Program-made: the position numbers and the translations under genes
The notes under the pieces: generated by a model
Told to the model about the DNA's origin: nothing
What the model saw: only the letters and a program-made list of their open reading frames with translations
The model's database searches: none
Shown: positions 1 to 8,601 of the stretch, piece after piece
Layout: every line of letters starts with the position of its first letter
How positions within the stretch are numbered: position 1 is the first letter of the stretch
Assembly (NCBI GenBank): GCA_963422645.2
Contig: CAXXVO010000005.1
Span: forward strand, 128,001 to 192,000
Length of the DNA stretch: 64,000 bases
Direction of reading: 5' to 3'
DNA from: Alphaproteobacteria bacterium
Lineage (GTDB): Bacteria; Pseudomonadota; Alphaproteobacteria; UBA828

Positions 1-176
1 AACGAAAATGTCAACAGAGCGACTGGCTATCCACGGCATTTACGAATTTCGGCCTCAGTGGCTACGAAATTCGTAGGGTAGACCATGTCTGCGGGTCTGC
101 GGGCGGTTGCGTTCTACTCGCTCGCTTGGAATCATTGGCGCCGACCAGCGACAGCGGCGACGAGAGGAGCAGGGCC

Positions 177-308
177 ATGAACCCAAAATCCAAGCGCATT
201 CTTCAGCTCTGCGCCGACAACGTGTTCTGGGTGTTTCTGGCCCTGATGATCGTCCTCGGCTCCGCCCTGGATACGCCGCTGATCAACGTCGGGCTGACGG
301 CCCGCTGA
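177..308 (+). CDS. Small hypothetical membrane protein (43 aa)
   Basis: ATG at 177 preceded by GAGGAG; one hydrophobic stretch (VFWVFLALMIVLGSAL). Confidence 0.4.
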   Translation: MNPKSKRILQLCADNVFWVFLALMIVLGSALDTPLINVGLTAR

Positions 309-399
309 GCGCCGCTGCAGGTCGCGCGCCGGAGGTGAGGGCCGCGCCGACGCCGGGGTCGAGAGGGCACCGAAGCGCCCTGACGGGGCGGCGAACACG

Positions 400-1671
400 A
401 TGAGCCGGCGAGCGAGACGACGGCAGTCTGCGGCCAGCGCCGGTCGCACCCGCGCCGGCAATCCGGCCGCCCCCCACGCGGACGTCCTCGCCCGCGCGGT
501 GCGACACATGAAGGAAGGCCGCCCGCACAGGGCGGATCAGCTCCTCTCCAAGCTGCTGGCAGGCGATGGGGCCGAGGACCCGAGCGTCCTGCACTATGCC
601 GGCATCGCCCGCTACCGTTGCAGCCGATTCGACGAGGCGGCTGCGCTGCTGCGCCAGGCGACCGAGGCGGCGCCGACCTATGCCGAAGCGCACAACAGCC
701 TCGGCATCCTCCTCCTCGAGACCGGGCAGGACTCCGAGGCCCGCGCTGTGCTTGAGCGCGCTGTGGCGCTCCGCCCCGACTACGCCAACGCTCACACCAA
801 TCTCGGCAACGCGCTGAGCACGGCCGGTGCGTTGGAAGAAGCGGCGACGGCCTACCGCAGGGCCATCGCCCTCGACCCTTACGACCTGCAGGCGCACCAC
901 CGGCTGGCGTGGACCCATCTCGCCCTCGGCGCGGTGGACCAGGCCCTCGCCGCCTGCGCCAGCGCGCTCGTCATCGACCCCTTCTGCCAGAACGCGCTGG
1001 CGACCTGCGCGCTCGCCGAGCAATTCGCGGGTGATGGCGACGCCGGCAGCGGGCTCTATGACTTCGACCGCTTCGTGACCCGGGTCTCCCTCACGCCGCC
1101 GCCCGGCAGCGGCGACATCGACACCTTCAACGAGGCGCTCGCAACCGCCGTTCGCGAGGCGCCCTCCCTGGTCTGGGAGCCTCCCAACCGCGTGACCCGC
1201 AACGGTGCGGTGACACAGGACCTGCTGGCCGCGCCGAGCCCACCCATCCGCAACCTGGAGCGCGCACTGCGTGCCGCGATCGACGCCTACCGGGAGACAC
1301 TCAGGGCGGACCCGGAGAGCCCCTTCCTCGCCCGCATCCCCCGGCGCTACCGGCTCACGCTGATCGCCTCCATCTTGACCGCGGGCGGCCGGCACCCGCC
1401 GCACATTCACGAGGGCGCGTGGCTGAGCGGGGTCTATTACGTCACTGTGCCCCCACAAATTGGTGCCGAGAGCACCGACCGCGGCGGCTGGCTCGAGTTC
1501 GGCCGTCCCGACCACGACCCGCCGGAAGGGAGCACCTTCCGCTGCGCCAGCCTCTCCCCCCGCGCCGGCACGGCGCTGCTTTTCCCCTCCTATGTCTTTC
1601 ACGGGACGCTGCCCTTCGACGGGCCGGGCGAGCGTATCGGCATCGCCTTCGACGCCTATCCTGAGCCCTAA
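400..1671 (+). CDS. TPR-repeat protein with C-terminal putative 2OG-Fe(II) oxygenase domain
   Basis: TPR motifs (YAEAHNSLG, YANAHTNLG); C-terminal HxPHIH...WLSGVYY...LFPSYVFHGT...RIGIAF. Confidence 0.85.
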   Translation: MSRRARRRQSAASAGRTRAGNPAAPHADVLARAVRHMKEGRPHRADQLLSKLLAGDGAEDPSVLHYAGIARYRCSRFDEAAALLRQATEAAPTYAEAHNSLGILLLETGQDSEARAVLERAVALRPDYANAHTNLGNALSTAGALEEAATAYRRAIALDPYDLQAHHRLAWTHLALGAVDQALAACASALVIDPFCQNALATCALAEQFAGDGDAGSGLYDFDRFVTRVSLTPPPGSGDIDTFNEALATAVREAPSLVWEPPNRVTRNGAVTQDLLAAPSPPIRNLERALRAAIDAYRETLRADPESPFLARIPRRYRLTLIASILTAGGRHPPHIHEGAWLSGVYYVTVPPQIGAESTDRGGWLEFGRPDHDPPEGSTFRCASLSPRAGTALLFPSYVFHGTLPFDGPGERIGIAFDAYPEP

Positions 1672-1949
1672 GGCCAAGTTAAGGGTCTTTGTACGGCATT
1701 CCGTCACGCCCCTATCACGGCGTTACCGCGCGGGCGGACAGAACAGGCCCCAAACCGAGGTCGTGTCCCCAAGCGTGGAGTTAGATACAAACAAAACAGT
1801 CATGGTCCCCGCGGTTCTGAGCCACCCCGTGGCATGAAACAGGAGCGGTTCGGCTGACGTTTTCCTTGCGCTTGCACCCATTTGCCGTGTCAGGATGGGT
1901 ATTGGCGGAGGTGGGGACGTGTGAGCGTCGTTATATCGGTGACGTAGTT

Positions 1950-2062
1950 CCCGATGACAAAACTGCTTCCGGCGGCCGGCTCCGCACCCCGTATTGTACC
2001 CGGCCCGTGGCCGTGGACGCGCGGCAAATTGCACCGCACCCGCTCGTCGGATGCGTGTTCTT
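1950..2062 (+). ncRNA. Putative bridge RNA core (target and donor binding loops) of IS110 element A
   Basis: Candidate guides TGACAAAA (1955-1962), GTATT (1991-1995), CGCGGCAAA (2020-2028) and TGTT (2056-2059); each pair flanks a hairpin. True RNA boundaries unknown. Confidence 0.5.
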
Positions 2063-2148
2063 CCGACCGCTGTCCCCGCCTCCACCGTGGCGATGCCACG
2101 GCGTGATCGTACGCCGCCGTGGCGAGAGCGCAAATGAGGAGGAAGGCG

Positions 2149-3399
2149 ATGAAGACGGAAGGCTTGCACGTCGTCCGGCCGCGCGCGGCGGGTCTGGACG
2201 TGCACAAGATGGAGATCACCGCGACGGTTCGCCTCTGTGAGGGCGAGGGTGAGCCGGTGGTGGAGACGCGCTGCTTCGGCACGCTGCCGAGCGGTCTGGA
2301 GGAGATGGTCGCGTGGCTGACCGGTCACGGCGTCGAGGCTGCGGTGATGGAAGGGACCGGGGTCTACTGGCAGGCGCCCTTCGCGGCCCTGGAGGCGGCC
2401 GGGCTCGAGGCGATCCTGGTGCATGCGCGTCAGGTGAAGCAGTTGAAGGGGCGCAAGACCGACGTGGCGGACAGCGTGTGGCTGGCCTGCGTGTGCCAGT
2501 TCGGGCTCTGCACGCCTTCCCACGTTCCGCCTGAGCCGTTCCGGGAGCTGCGCGCACTGAGCCGCCAGCGCCGCGTCCTGGTCAGGCAGCGCTCCGCCGT
2601 GCGCAACCGCGTGCAGAAGATCATCGACCGCGCCGGTGCGCGCATCGGCGGCATCCTCTCCGACGTCTTCGGCGTCAACGGCCGGAAGATCCTCGACGGC
2701 CTGGCGCAGGGGACGGCGCGCGAGGTCATCCTCGCCTCGCTCACCAGCCACGTTGCGAACAAGCTGGAGGGGCTCGGCGAGGCGCTCACCCTGAGCCTGG
2801 GCGACAACGACCGCTTCATGCTCAACGACCTGCTGGAGGAGCATGACGCGCTTGAGGCGCGCATCGCGTCCTACACCAGGAAGATCGACGGGCAGATGAC
2901 ACCGTGGGAGGAGCAGCTCCGTCTGCTGACCACCATCCCCGGCATCGACCGCACCGCCGCCTCGACCATCCTCATCGAGATCGGCCCCGACATCGGCGTG
3001 TTCGCCTCCAAGGAGCACTTCGCCGCCTGGGCCGGGCTCTGCCCCGGCAACAACGAGAGCGGGGGCAAGCGCCGCAACGCACGCACCCGCATGGGCTCCA
3101 AGACCCTGCGCGCCTGCCTCGTCGAGTGTGCCCACGGCGCGGCCCGAACCAAGGGGTGCCAGTTCGAGGCTCATCACCGCGCCCTCGCCGCCCGGCGCGG
3201 CTACAAGCGCGCCATCGTCGCCGGCGCTCACAAGATGCTGCGCATCATCTATGTGGTGCTCAAGACCGGCAGGCCCTACTACGACCGCACGGCCGACTAC
3301 GACGCTCTGATGGTCAAGCGCAACGCTCCTCGGTGGATCCGCATGCTCCGCCGCTACGGCTACATCGAGCCCGTAGGCGCGGAACTCAAGGCCGCCTGA
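2149..3399 (+). CDS. IS110-family recombinase/transposase
   Basis: DEDD motifs GLDVHK, MEGTG, KTDVADS; C-terminal GLCPGNNESGG; RBS GAGGAGG before ATG 2149. Confidence 0.95.
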   Translation: MKTEGLHVVRPRAAGLDVHKMEITATVRLCEGEGEPVVETRCFGTLPSGLEEMVAWLTGHGVEAAVMEGTGVYWQAPFAALEAAGLEAILVHARQVKQLKGRKTDVADSVWLACVCQFGLCTPSHVPPEPFRELRALSRQRRVLVRQRSAVRNRVQKIIDRAGARIGGILSDVFGVNGRKILDGLAQGTAREVILASLTSHVANKLEGLGEALTLSLGDNDRFMLNDLLEEHDALEARIASYTRKIDGQMTPWEEQLRLLTTIPGIDRTAASTILIEIGPDIGVFASKEHFAAWAGLCPGNNESGGKRRNARTRMGSKTLRACLVECAHGAARTKGCQFEAHHRALAARRGYKRAIVAGAHKMLRIIYVVLKTGRPYYDRTADYDALMVKRNAPRWIRMLRRYGYIEPVGAELKAA

Positions 3400-3725
3400 G
3401 CGGCCCGCATCTCGTCAGCCGGCTACGCGGGACCGCTTCGGACCACATCGGGGAAGTCCACCGCTCGTCTCCGCCGCGCCGACCCTGGCGGTCTCAGCCA
3501 ACGCCGTGACCTCGGGGTTGGAGCGTCACCGCGCGTCCCTCGCCAGAATCTGTTTCACGGCAAAATAGTTGGAGTGAGTCACGGTAACTACCCAGGTACC
3601 CCAATCCTGAGTTGAGGACGGTGATTATGGCGGCGGCCGCGGCCTGGTTCTGCCACCGCGATTGGTTCTTGACCTCATAGAGTTGCGGGACTATGGACTG
3701 CTCTCTCGCGTGACGGGAGCGGTCC

Positions 3726-4391
3726 ATGGGGTATTTCGGCTCGAAGGCGACAGCAGGTCTGTGCCAAGCGCTGATTGCGCTGATGCCGCCGCACTCCGTC
3801 TACATCGAAAGCCACCTTGGGGGCGGGGCGCTGATGAAGCGCAAGCCGCCGGCCGTGCGTTCGATCGGCATCGACCGCGATGCGCAGGCGCTCGAGGCCT
3901 TCGTCTGCGACTACCCGGTCGATCTGGTTCACGGCTGTGCCCATGACTTCCTGGCCTCGTTCCCGTTCCTGGGCCCGGAGCTGGTTTACAGCGATCCGCC
4001 CTATCTGCACGCGACCCGCCGCTCGGCGCAGCGCTACCGCTTCGAGTACGAGGAGGCCGGCCACGTCGCGCTTCTCGCGCTGCTCAAGGCTCTGCCCTGC
4101 CAGGTCATGATCTCGGGCCATCCGTCGGCGCTCTATGACGAGGTGCTGGCGGGATGGCGCCGGCTGGCGCTGCAGGTCACGACCCAGGGTCTGGTGCGAA
4201 CCGAGGTCGTCTGGTTCAACTACGCCCCCGACCGGATGCATTGGGCCAGCCACGCAGGCCGGAACTTCACCGACCGCCAGCGCATCAAGCGCAAGGCAGC
4301 CAACTGGGGCCGGCGCTACCAGGCCTTGCCGCCGGGCGAACGCCTCGCCGTGCTCGCCGCCATGATGGCCGTCGAGGCCGAAGACACGTGA
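3726..4391 (+). CDS. Dam-like (D12 class) N6-adenine DNA methyltransferase
   Basis: N-terminal YFGSK, SAM-binding YIESHLGGG and catalytic DPPY motifs. Confidence 0.88.
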   Translation: MGYFGSKATAGLCQALIALMPPHSVYIESHLGGGALMKRKPPAVRSIGIDRDAQALEAFVCDYPVDLVHGCAHDFLASFPFLGPELVYSDPPYLHATRRSAQRYRFEYEEAGHVALLALLKALPCQVMISGHPSALYDEVLAGWRRLALQVTTQGLVRTEVVWFNYAPDRMHWASHAGRNFTDRQRIKRKAANWGRRYQALPPGERLAVLAAMMAVEAEDT

Positions 4392-5929
4392 CGGTGTCGC
4401 ACTGGCACGAAGACCTCGCCGCCCGTAACGAGGCCTTCTGCTGCCTGAAGGAGCTTCTCGAGCCATCATCCCTCGCAACCACTGTCGTCGTTGCCGTCCG
4501 GGAATGGGGGCAGGGGCTGCTGCGATCAGCCACCGCGCTCGCCCGGGAAAATGCCGCACTCGAGCAGGAGAACGCGGCCCTGCGCGAGCGCATCGCCGAA
4601 CTCGAGCGCAGCGCGGCCCTCAACAGCACCACAAGCAGCAAGCCCCCCGCCAGCGACGGGCTCAAGAAGAAAAGCGGAGCCCAGAGGCGCACCCAAAGCC
4701 AGCGCGGAAAGTCCGGCGGGCCCAGTGGCGGCCAGCCCGGCCACAAGGGAACCACCCTCGCGCGGAGCGACAGCCCGGACCGTGTCGTCGATCACCACCC
4801 CTCCACCTGTTCCGGCTGTGGCGTCGAGCTCTCGGACGCCGACCGGCAAGGCGCGCCCGCCTGTCGGCAGGTCTTCGACGTACCCGAGCCGCAGCCTCTC
4901 GAGGTCACCGAACACCGCGCCCATCGCTGCCTCTGCGGCGCATGCGGCACGCTGACACGAGCCGCCTTCCCGCCGGGCGTCACCGCCCCGGTCCAGTACG
5001 GCCCTCGCATCACCGCTTGGGTGAGTTACCTGCTGTACGCCCAGTTCGTGCCCGAGAAGCGTCTGGCCGAACTCATGAGCGACATCTTCGCGGTGTCCAT
5101 CTCCACTGCCACGATCGCCGCCATGGGCCGGCGCACAGCGCAGCGCTTCGAGGGCTTCCTCGACCATGTCGCCGATCTGATCCGCACGCAGGCGCCGGTC
5201 AAGCACCTCGACGAGACCGGCCTGCGTATCGCCGCCCGTACCCGCTGGCTCCATGTGCTGTGCACCCCGTTGCTCACCGTCCTGCGCATCGGCGAGGGAC
5301 GCGGCGATGTCGAAAAGAACCTGAAAGGCATCCTCGTCCACGACGACTTCGCCCCCTACTTCACCATCAAGGGCGTCCGCCACGGCGCCTGCAACGCACA
5401 TCACCTGCGCGAACTCCAGGCCCTGATCGACATCGAGAAGGAGGAATGGGCGGCGAGCATGCACCGCCTGCTTCAGCGCGCTCAGCGCAGGGCCGCCCGC
5501 TTCGCCCGTGAGAAAGACCGTCAAGTCCCCGCCTCCCTGGTGGCCCGCATCTCAAGGGCATGGGACCGTATCCTCGAAGAAGCCATCGCCTTCCATGAGG
5601 CCCAACCGCCGCTCCAGATCGCAAAGCGAGGGCGAAAGAAACGCCGCATCGGCCACAACCTCGCGCGCCGCCTTCAAAAGCATAAGGAGGGCTGCCTGCG
5701 CTTCCTCACCGACCTGCGCACGCCGTTCACGAATAACGAGGCGGAGCGTGACATCCGTATGAACAAAGTGCATGAGAAGATCTCAGGCGGCTTCCGCTCC
5801 CTGCAAGGCGCCTGCAACTTCGCCGGAATGCGCAGCGTCATCGTCACCGCTCGAAAGCAAGGCTGGAACATCCTGCAAATCCTGGCGCACCCGGAACCGA
5901 TGCAGCTGATCCCTATACTGCGCTCCTGA
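4388..5929 (+). CDS. IS66-family transposase (TnpC-like, single ORF)
   Basis: Coiled coil, SSKPPASD, GGQPGHKG, Zn-finger CxxC pairs, HLDETG, CNAHHLREL, FTNNEAERDIR. Start inferred at the GTG overlapping the MTase TGA. Confidence 0.92.
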   Translation: MTVSHWHEDLAARNEAFCCLKELLEPSSLATTVVVAVREWGQGLLRSATALARENAALEQENAALRERIAELERSAALNSTTSSKPPASDGLKKKSGAQRRTQSQRGKSGGPSGGQPGHKGTTLARSDSPDRVVDHHPSTCSGCGVELSDADRQGAPACRQVFDVPEPQPLEVTEHRAHRCLCGACGTLTRAAFPPGVTAPVQYGPRITAWVSYLLYAQFVPEKRLAELMSDIFAVSISTATIAAMGRRTAQRFEGFLDHVADLIRTQAPVKHLDETGLRIAARTRWLHVLCTPLLTVLRIGEGRGDVEKNLKGILVHDDFAPYFTIKGVRHGACNAHHLRELQALIDIEKEEWAASMHRLLQRAQRRAARFAREKDRQVPASLVARISRAWDRILEEAIAFHEAQPPLQIAKRGRKKRRIGHNLARRLQKHKEGCLRFLTDLRTPFTNNEAERDIRMNKVHEKISGGFRSLQGACNFAGMRSVIVTARKQGWNILQILAHPEPMQLIPILRS

Positions 5930-6681
5930 ACTTCTCCGGCTCATCCTGAGTATCGCTGTCCTCTCATCTTGTTCGCGACGCGGCGTTCATCATCCTCTCG
6001 CGCTCAAGAGAGTAGGCACCCCCGCGGCGTGGGGGCGTTGACGCAAAAGGAACTGGCTTGTTCCATAAGAGAGAGGGGGTACCTGGGCAGTTACGAGTCA
6101 CGAGATTGGGTGGGTTGCTTTGTCTCCTGATTAAGTGTTATGTTACTGGTAGTTGTGGAATTGCGCAAGAGAATTGTAGCGGTACCGTTCTGATGTAAGA
6201 GAGGAGGGCTTGGAGGACTATGTTGCAATCAGGGAAGTGAATGCGTATGTCGGAGATGATTGATCTGTCATTGGGGAGGGGCATGCGGTGGATATGATTG
6301 TGAATAGAGGCGATAAGGCGGTGACCGGGAGCGACGTATCCGGGTGGGACGGTCTTACTGGTATTATATGGAGTATTGCAGGTGATCCGGGCCAGAATGC
6401 GGCTCCGAGATCCCGTCGTCGCCCTCAACTAGAGGCACGTCCGCACCAAATCCTCGTCGCGGATAGCCATGCGCGCGACGGTAGCGCACAGCCAGAGTCG
6501 TTACCAGTGACTTGAGAAATCCCAGCCGATAGCGATCACAACGCCGTCCGCCTCCACGGCCGAACCGCATCCTTATCAACCAGTTACACAGCGAACCGGT
6601 CGCCCCCCGCCACGCGCGGGTCCGTGAGGGCAAAAGCCAAATGGCTGAGCTACTCGACCGCTGATCACAGCGGTTGATCTA

Positions 6682-7864
6682 GTCACCTGAATCTAAAGTT
6701 CGTGGCATAAATTTTGTTCGACCCGAAGGCAGAAGCGCTTGACGGCGGCGAGGATGTCGTCGGCTGATTTGGTCCACCTGAAGGGTCGGGGATTTTCGTT
6801 GTGGGTTTCGATGAAGGCGTGGATGTCGGCTTCGAGCTGGCGGGTGGATGTGTGCACCCCGCGTTGCAGCTGCTTGCGTGTCAGCTCGGCGAACCAGCGC
6901 TCGACCTGATTGAGCCACGACGCCGATGTCGGCGTGAAGTGGACGTGCCAATGCGGACGCCGCGCCAGCCAGGCCTTGACCCCCGCCGTCTTGTGGGTGG
7001 CGTAGTTGTCCATGACGACGTGGATGTCCAGCCCGTCCGGGACATTGCGATCGATCACCTTCAGGAAGTCGAGGAACTCCCTGGCCCGGTGGCGGCGATA
7101 GCACTTGCCTATGACCGAGCCGGTGGCAACGTCGAGGGCGGCGAAGAGCGAGGTCGTGCCGTTGCGCTTGTAGTCATGGGTGCGCCGCTCAGGGATGCCC
7201 GGCAGCATCGGCAGGACCGGCTGGCTGCGGTCGAGCGCCTGGATCTGGCTCTTTTCGTCGACACAGAGCACCAGCGCGCGATCCGGCGGCGACATGTAGA
7301 GGCCTACGATGTCGCGGACCTTCTCCACGAAGTGCGGATCGGCCGACAGCTTGAAGGTCTCGGCCCGATGGGGCTGCAGGCCGAAGGCGCCCCAGATGCG
7401 CCAGATCGACGTGTGCGACAGCCCCGCCTCCTTCGCCATCGAGCGCAGCGACCAGTGGGTGGCGTCCGCAGGCGTCGAGGTGAGCGTCCGCTCGATCACT
7501 TGCGCCACCTTCTCGTCCGCGATGGTCCGCGGCCGTCCCGGCCGGGGTTCGTCCGACAGACCCTCGATGCGGTCCTTGACGAAGCGCCTCCGCCACTTGC
7601 CGACGGTGTGTTCGTGCACGCCGATCTCTGCGGCCACCGCCTTGTTGCCAAGCCCGTCCGCGCAAAGCAGGATCATGCGGCAGCGATCCGACATGGAGCG
7701 CGCCACACGGTGGCGGCGAACCTGCGCTTCCAGAAACGACCGCTCCTCACCGCTCAAGACCAGGGCCGCCAGCGGCCGTCCCGTACCGCGCGCCATCGAG
7801 ATGACCTCCTCTGTCCGACTCGGAGAGCCACCCTACAATGAACCCTACTTCCGTGCCAGGTGAC
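6682..7864 (-). mobile_element. IS630-family element
   Basis: Inverted ends GTCACCTG...AAGT; inserted in CTAG with TA duplicated (6680-6681, 7865-7866). Confidence 0.9.
6693..7796 (-). CDS. IS630-family transposase
   Basis: HTH region; [19 protein letters not shown] and [13 protein letters not shown] motifs. Confidence 0.95.
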   Translation of the reverse strand: MARGTGRPLAALVLSGEERSFLEAQVRRHRVARSMSDRCRMILLCADGLGNKAVAAEIGVHEHTVGKWRRRFVKDRIEGLSDEPRPGRPRTIADEKVAQVIERTLTSTPADATHWSLRSMAKEAGLSHTSIWRIWGAFGLQPHRAETFKLSADPHFVEKVRDIVGLYMSPPDRALVLCVDEKSQIQALDRSQPVLPMLPGIPERRTHDYKRNGTTSLFAALDVATGSVIGKCYRRHRAREFLDFLKVIDRNVPDGLDIHVVMDNYATHKTAGVKAWLARRPHWHVHFTPTSASWLNQVERWFAELTRKQLQRGVHTSTRQLEADIHAFIETHNENPRPFRWTKSADDILAAVKRFCLRVEQNLCHEL

Positions 7865-8007
7865 TAGCCCTCTGTTGTTTTGGTTCTGTGTCCCGGCCAC
7901 AATAATTCGGGTATGGTGAATTGCGGCTGGCGCATGCAGGGGCCCTCGCTCCGGGTTCACTGCAAATCGCGGGGTGGCCACACCGTTCAATCGACTGGGA
8001 GGGAGTC

Positions 8008-8349
8008 ATGAAGGTATTGGCGGGGACACTCGCCCTGAGCGGGCTCTTGGCGTTTCTCGATGCCTGCGGATACACCCCCCATGATTCTCCTGAGGACATC
8101 GCCCGGTCCCATGACAGGGTTCTGGAGACCCTGACGAGCGACATCGATACGCCCGGTCCTGCTCCCGTGTACTCCAGAAGCCATAGTGCTGCCGAACTGC
8201 TCTCGACGCCGGAGCCCGTGCTGGACTTCAACTGCGAGGAGGTCCGTGCGGAGTTGGGTCCCTTCGCGAGGGCTGCGGCGCGCCACCGTGACCTGGGCTG
8301 GTCGGGGGCAGACGAATTCAGTTTCTCGTTCAAGTCGTGCGAATTCTAG
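8008..8349 (+). CDS. Hypothetical lipoprotein
   Basis: RBS GGAGGGAG; signal peptide ending in lipobox-like LDAC. Confidence 0.45.
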   Translation: MKVLAGTLALSGLLAFLDACGYTPHDSPEDIARSHDRVLETLTSDIDTPGPAPVYSRSHSAAELLSTPEPVLDFNCEEVRAELGPFARAAARHRDLGWSGADEFSFSFKSCEF

Positions 8350-8601
8350 CGCCCGAACAGGACGATGGGTCATCAAACGCTCTGGTAGAATATTGCTAGG
8401 GTCGGTGCCACGGGCGGACAAGCGCCCAGTCGCGCGTCGCGACAGGATCGCATGCGGCACTCGAAGGGCGTTCGGCCAGCCACGTCGAACTCGGCCGCGC
8501 CTCCATTGCTCAGCCAACACTGAGACTGGAGCGCCCCATGGGAGCTGCTCACCAATGGCCTGTCCAATTGGGAATGCGGGGGGCTGGCTAGGGAGGTTCT
8601 G

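Larger units (their letters stand above)
1797..3564 (+). mobile_element. IS110-family element A, copy 1
   Basis: Identical by eye to 13077-14844 (offset 11280). A-run core at both junctions; no flanking target duplication beyond the core. Confidence 0.92.
3584..6094 (+). mobile_element. IS66-family (ISBst12-like) element carrying a DNA methyltransferase, copy 1
   Basis: Terminal inverted repeats GTAACT(A/G)CCCAGGTACCCC; 8-bp target duplication GAGTCACG at 3576-3583 and 6095-6102. Confidence 0.95.

Noticed and set aside
1877-1889. 13-nt complement (CCCATTTGCCGTG) of the copy-2 right junction, including flanking TGGG
   Set aside because: The flank part does not match copy 1 (ATAG) and is part of a local ACCCAT/ATGGGT stem; the extension is probably chance.
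4154-4387. N-terminal extension of the IS66 transposase given in the ORF track
   Set aside because: It overlaps the MTase in another frame with low-complexity sequence; the GTG at 4388 is more plausible.
6138-6633. Short ORFs in the AT-richer spacer
   Set aside because: No motifs and atypical codon usage.
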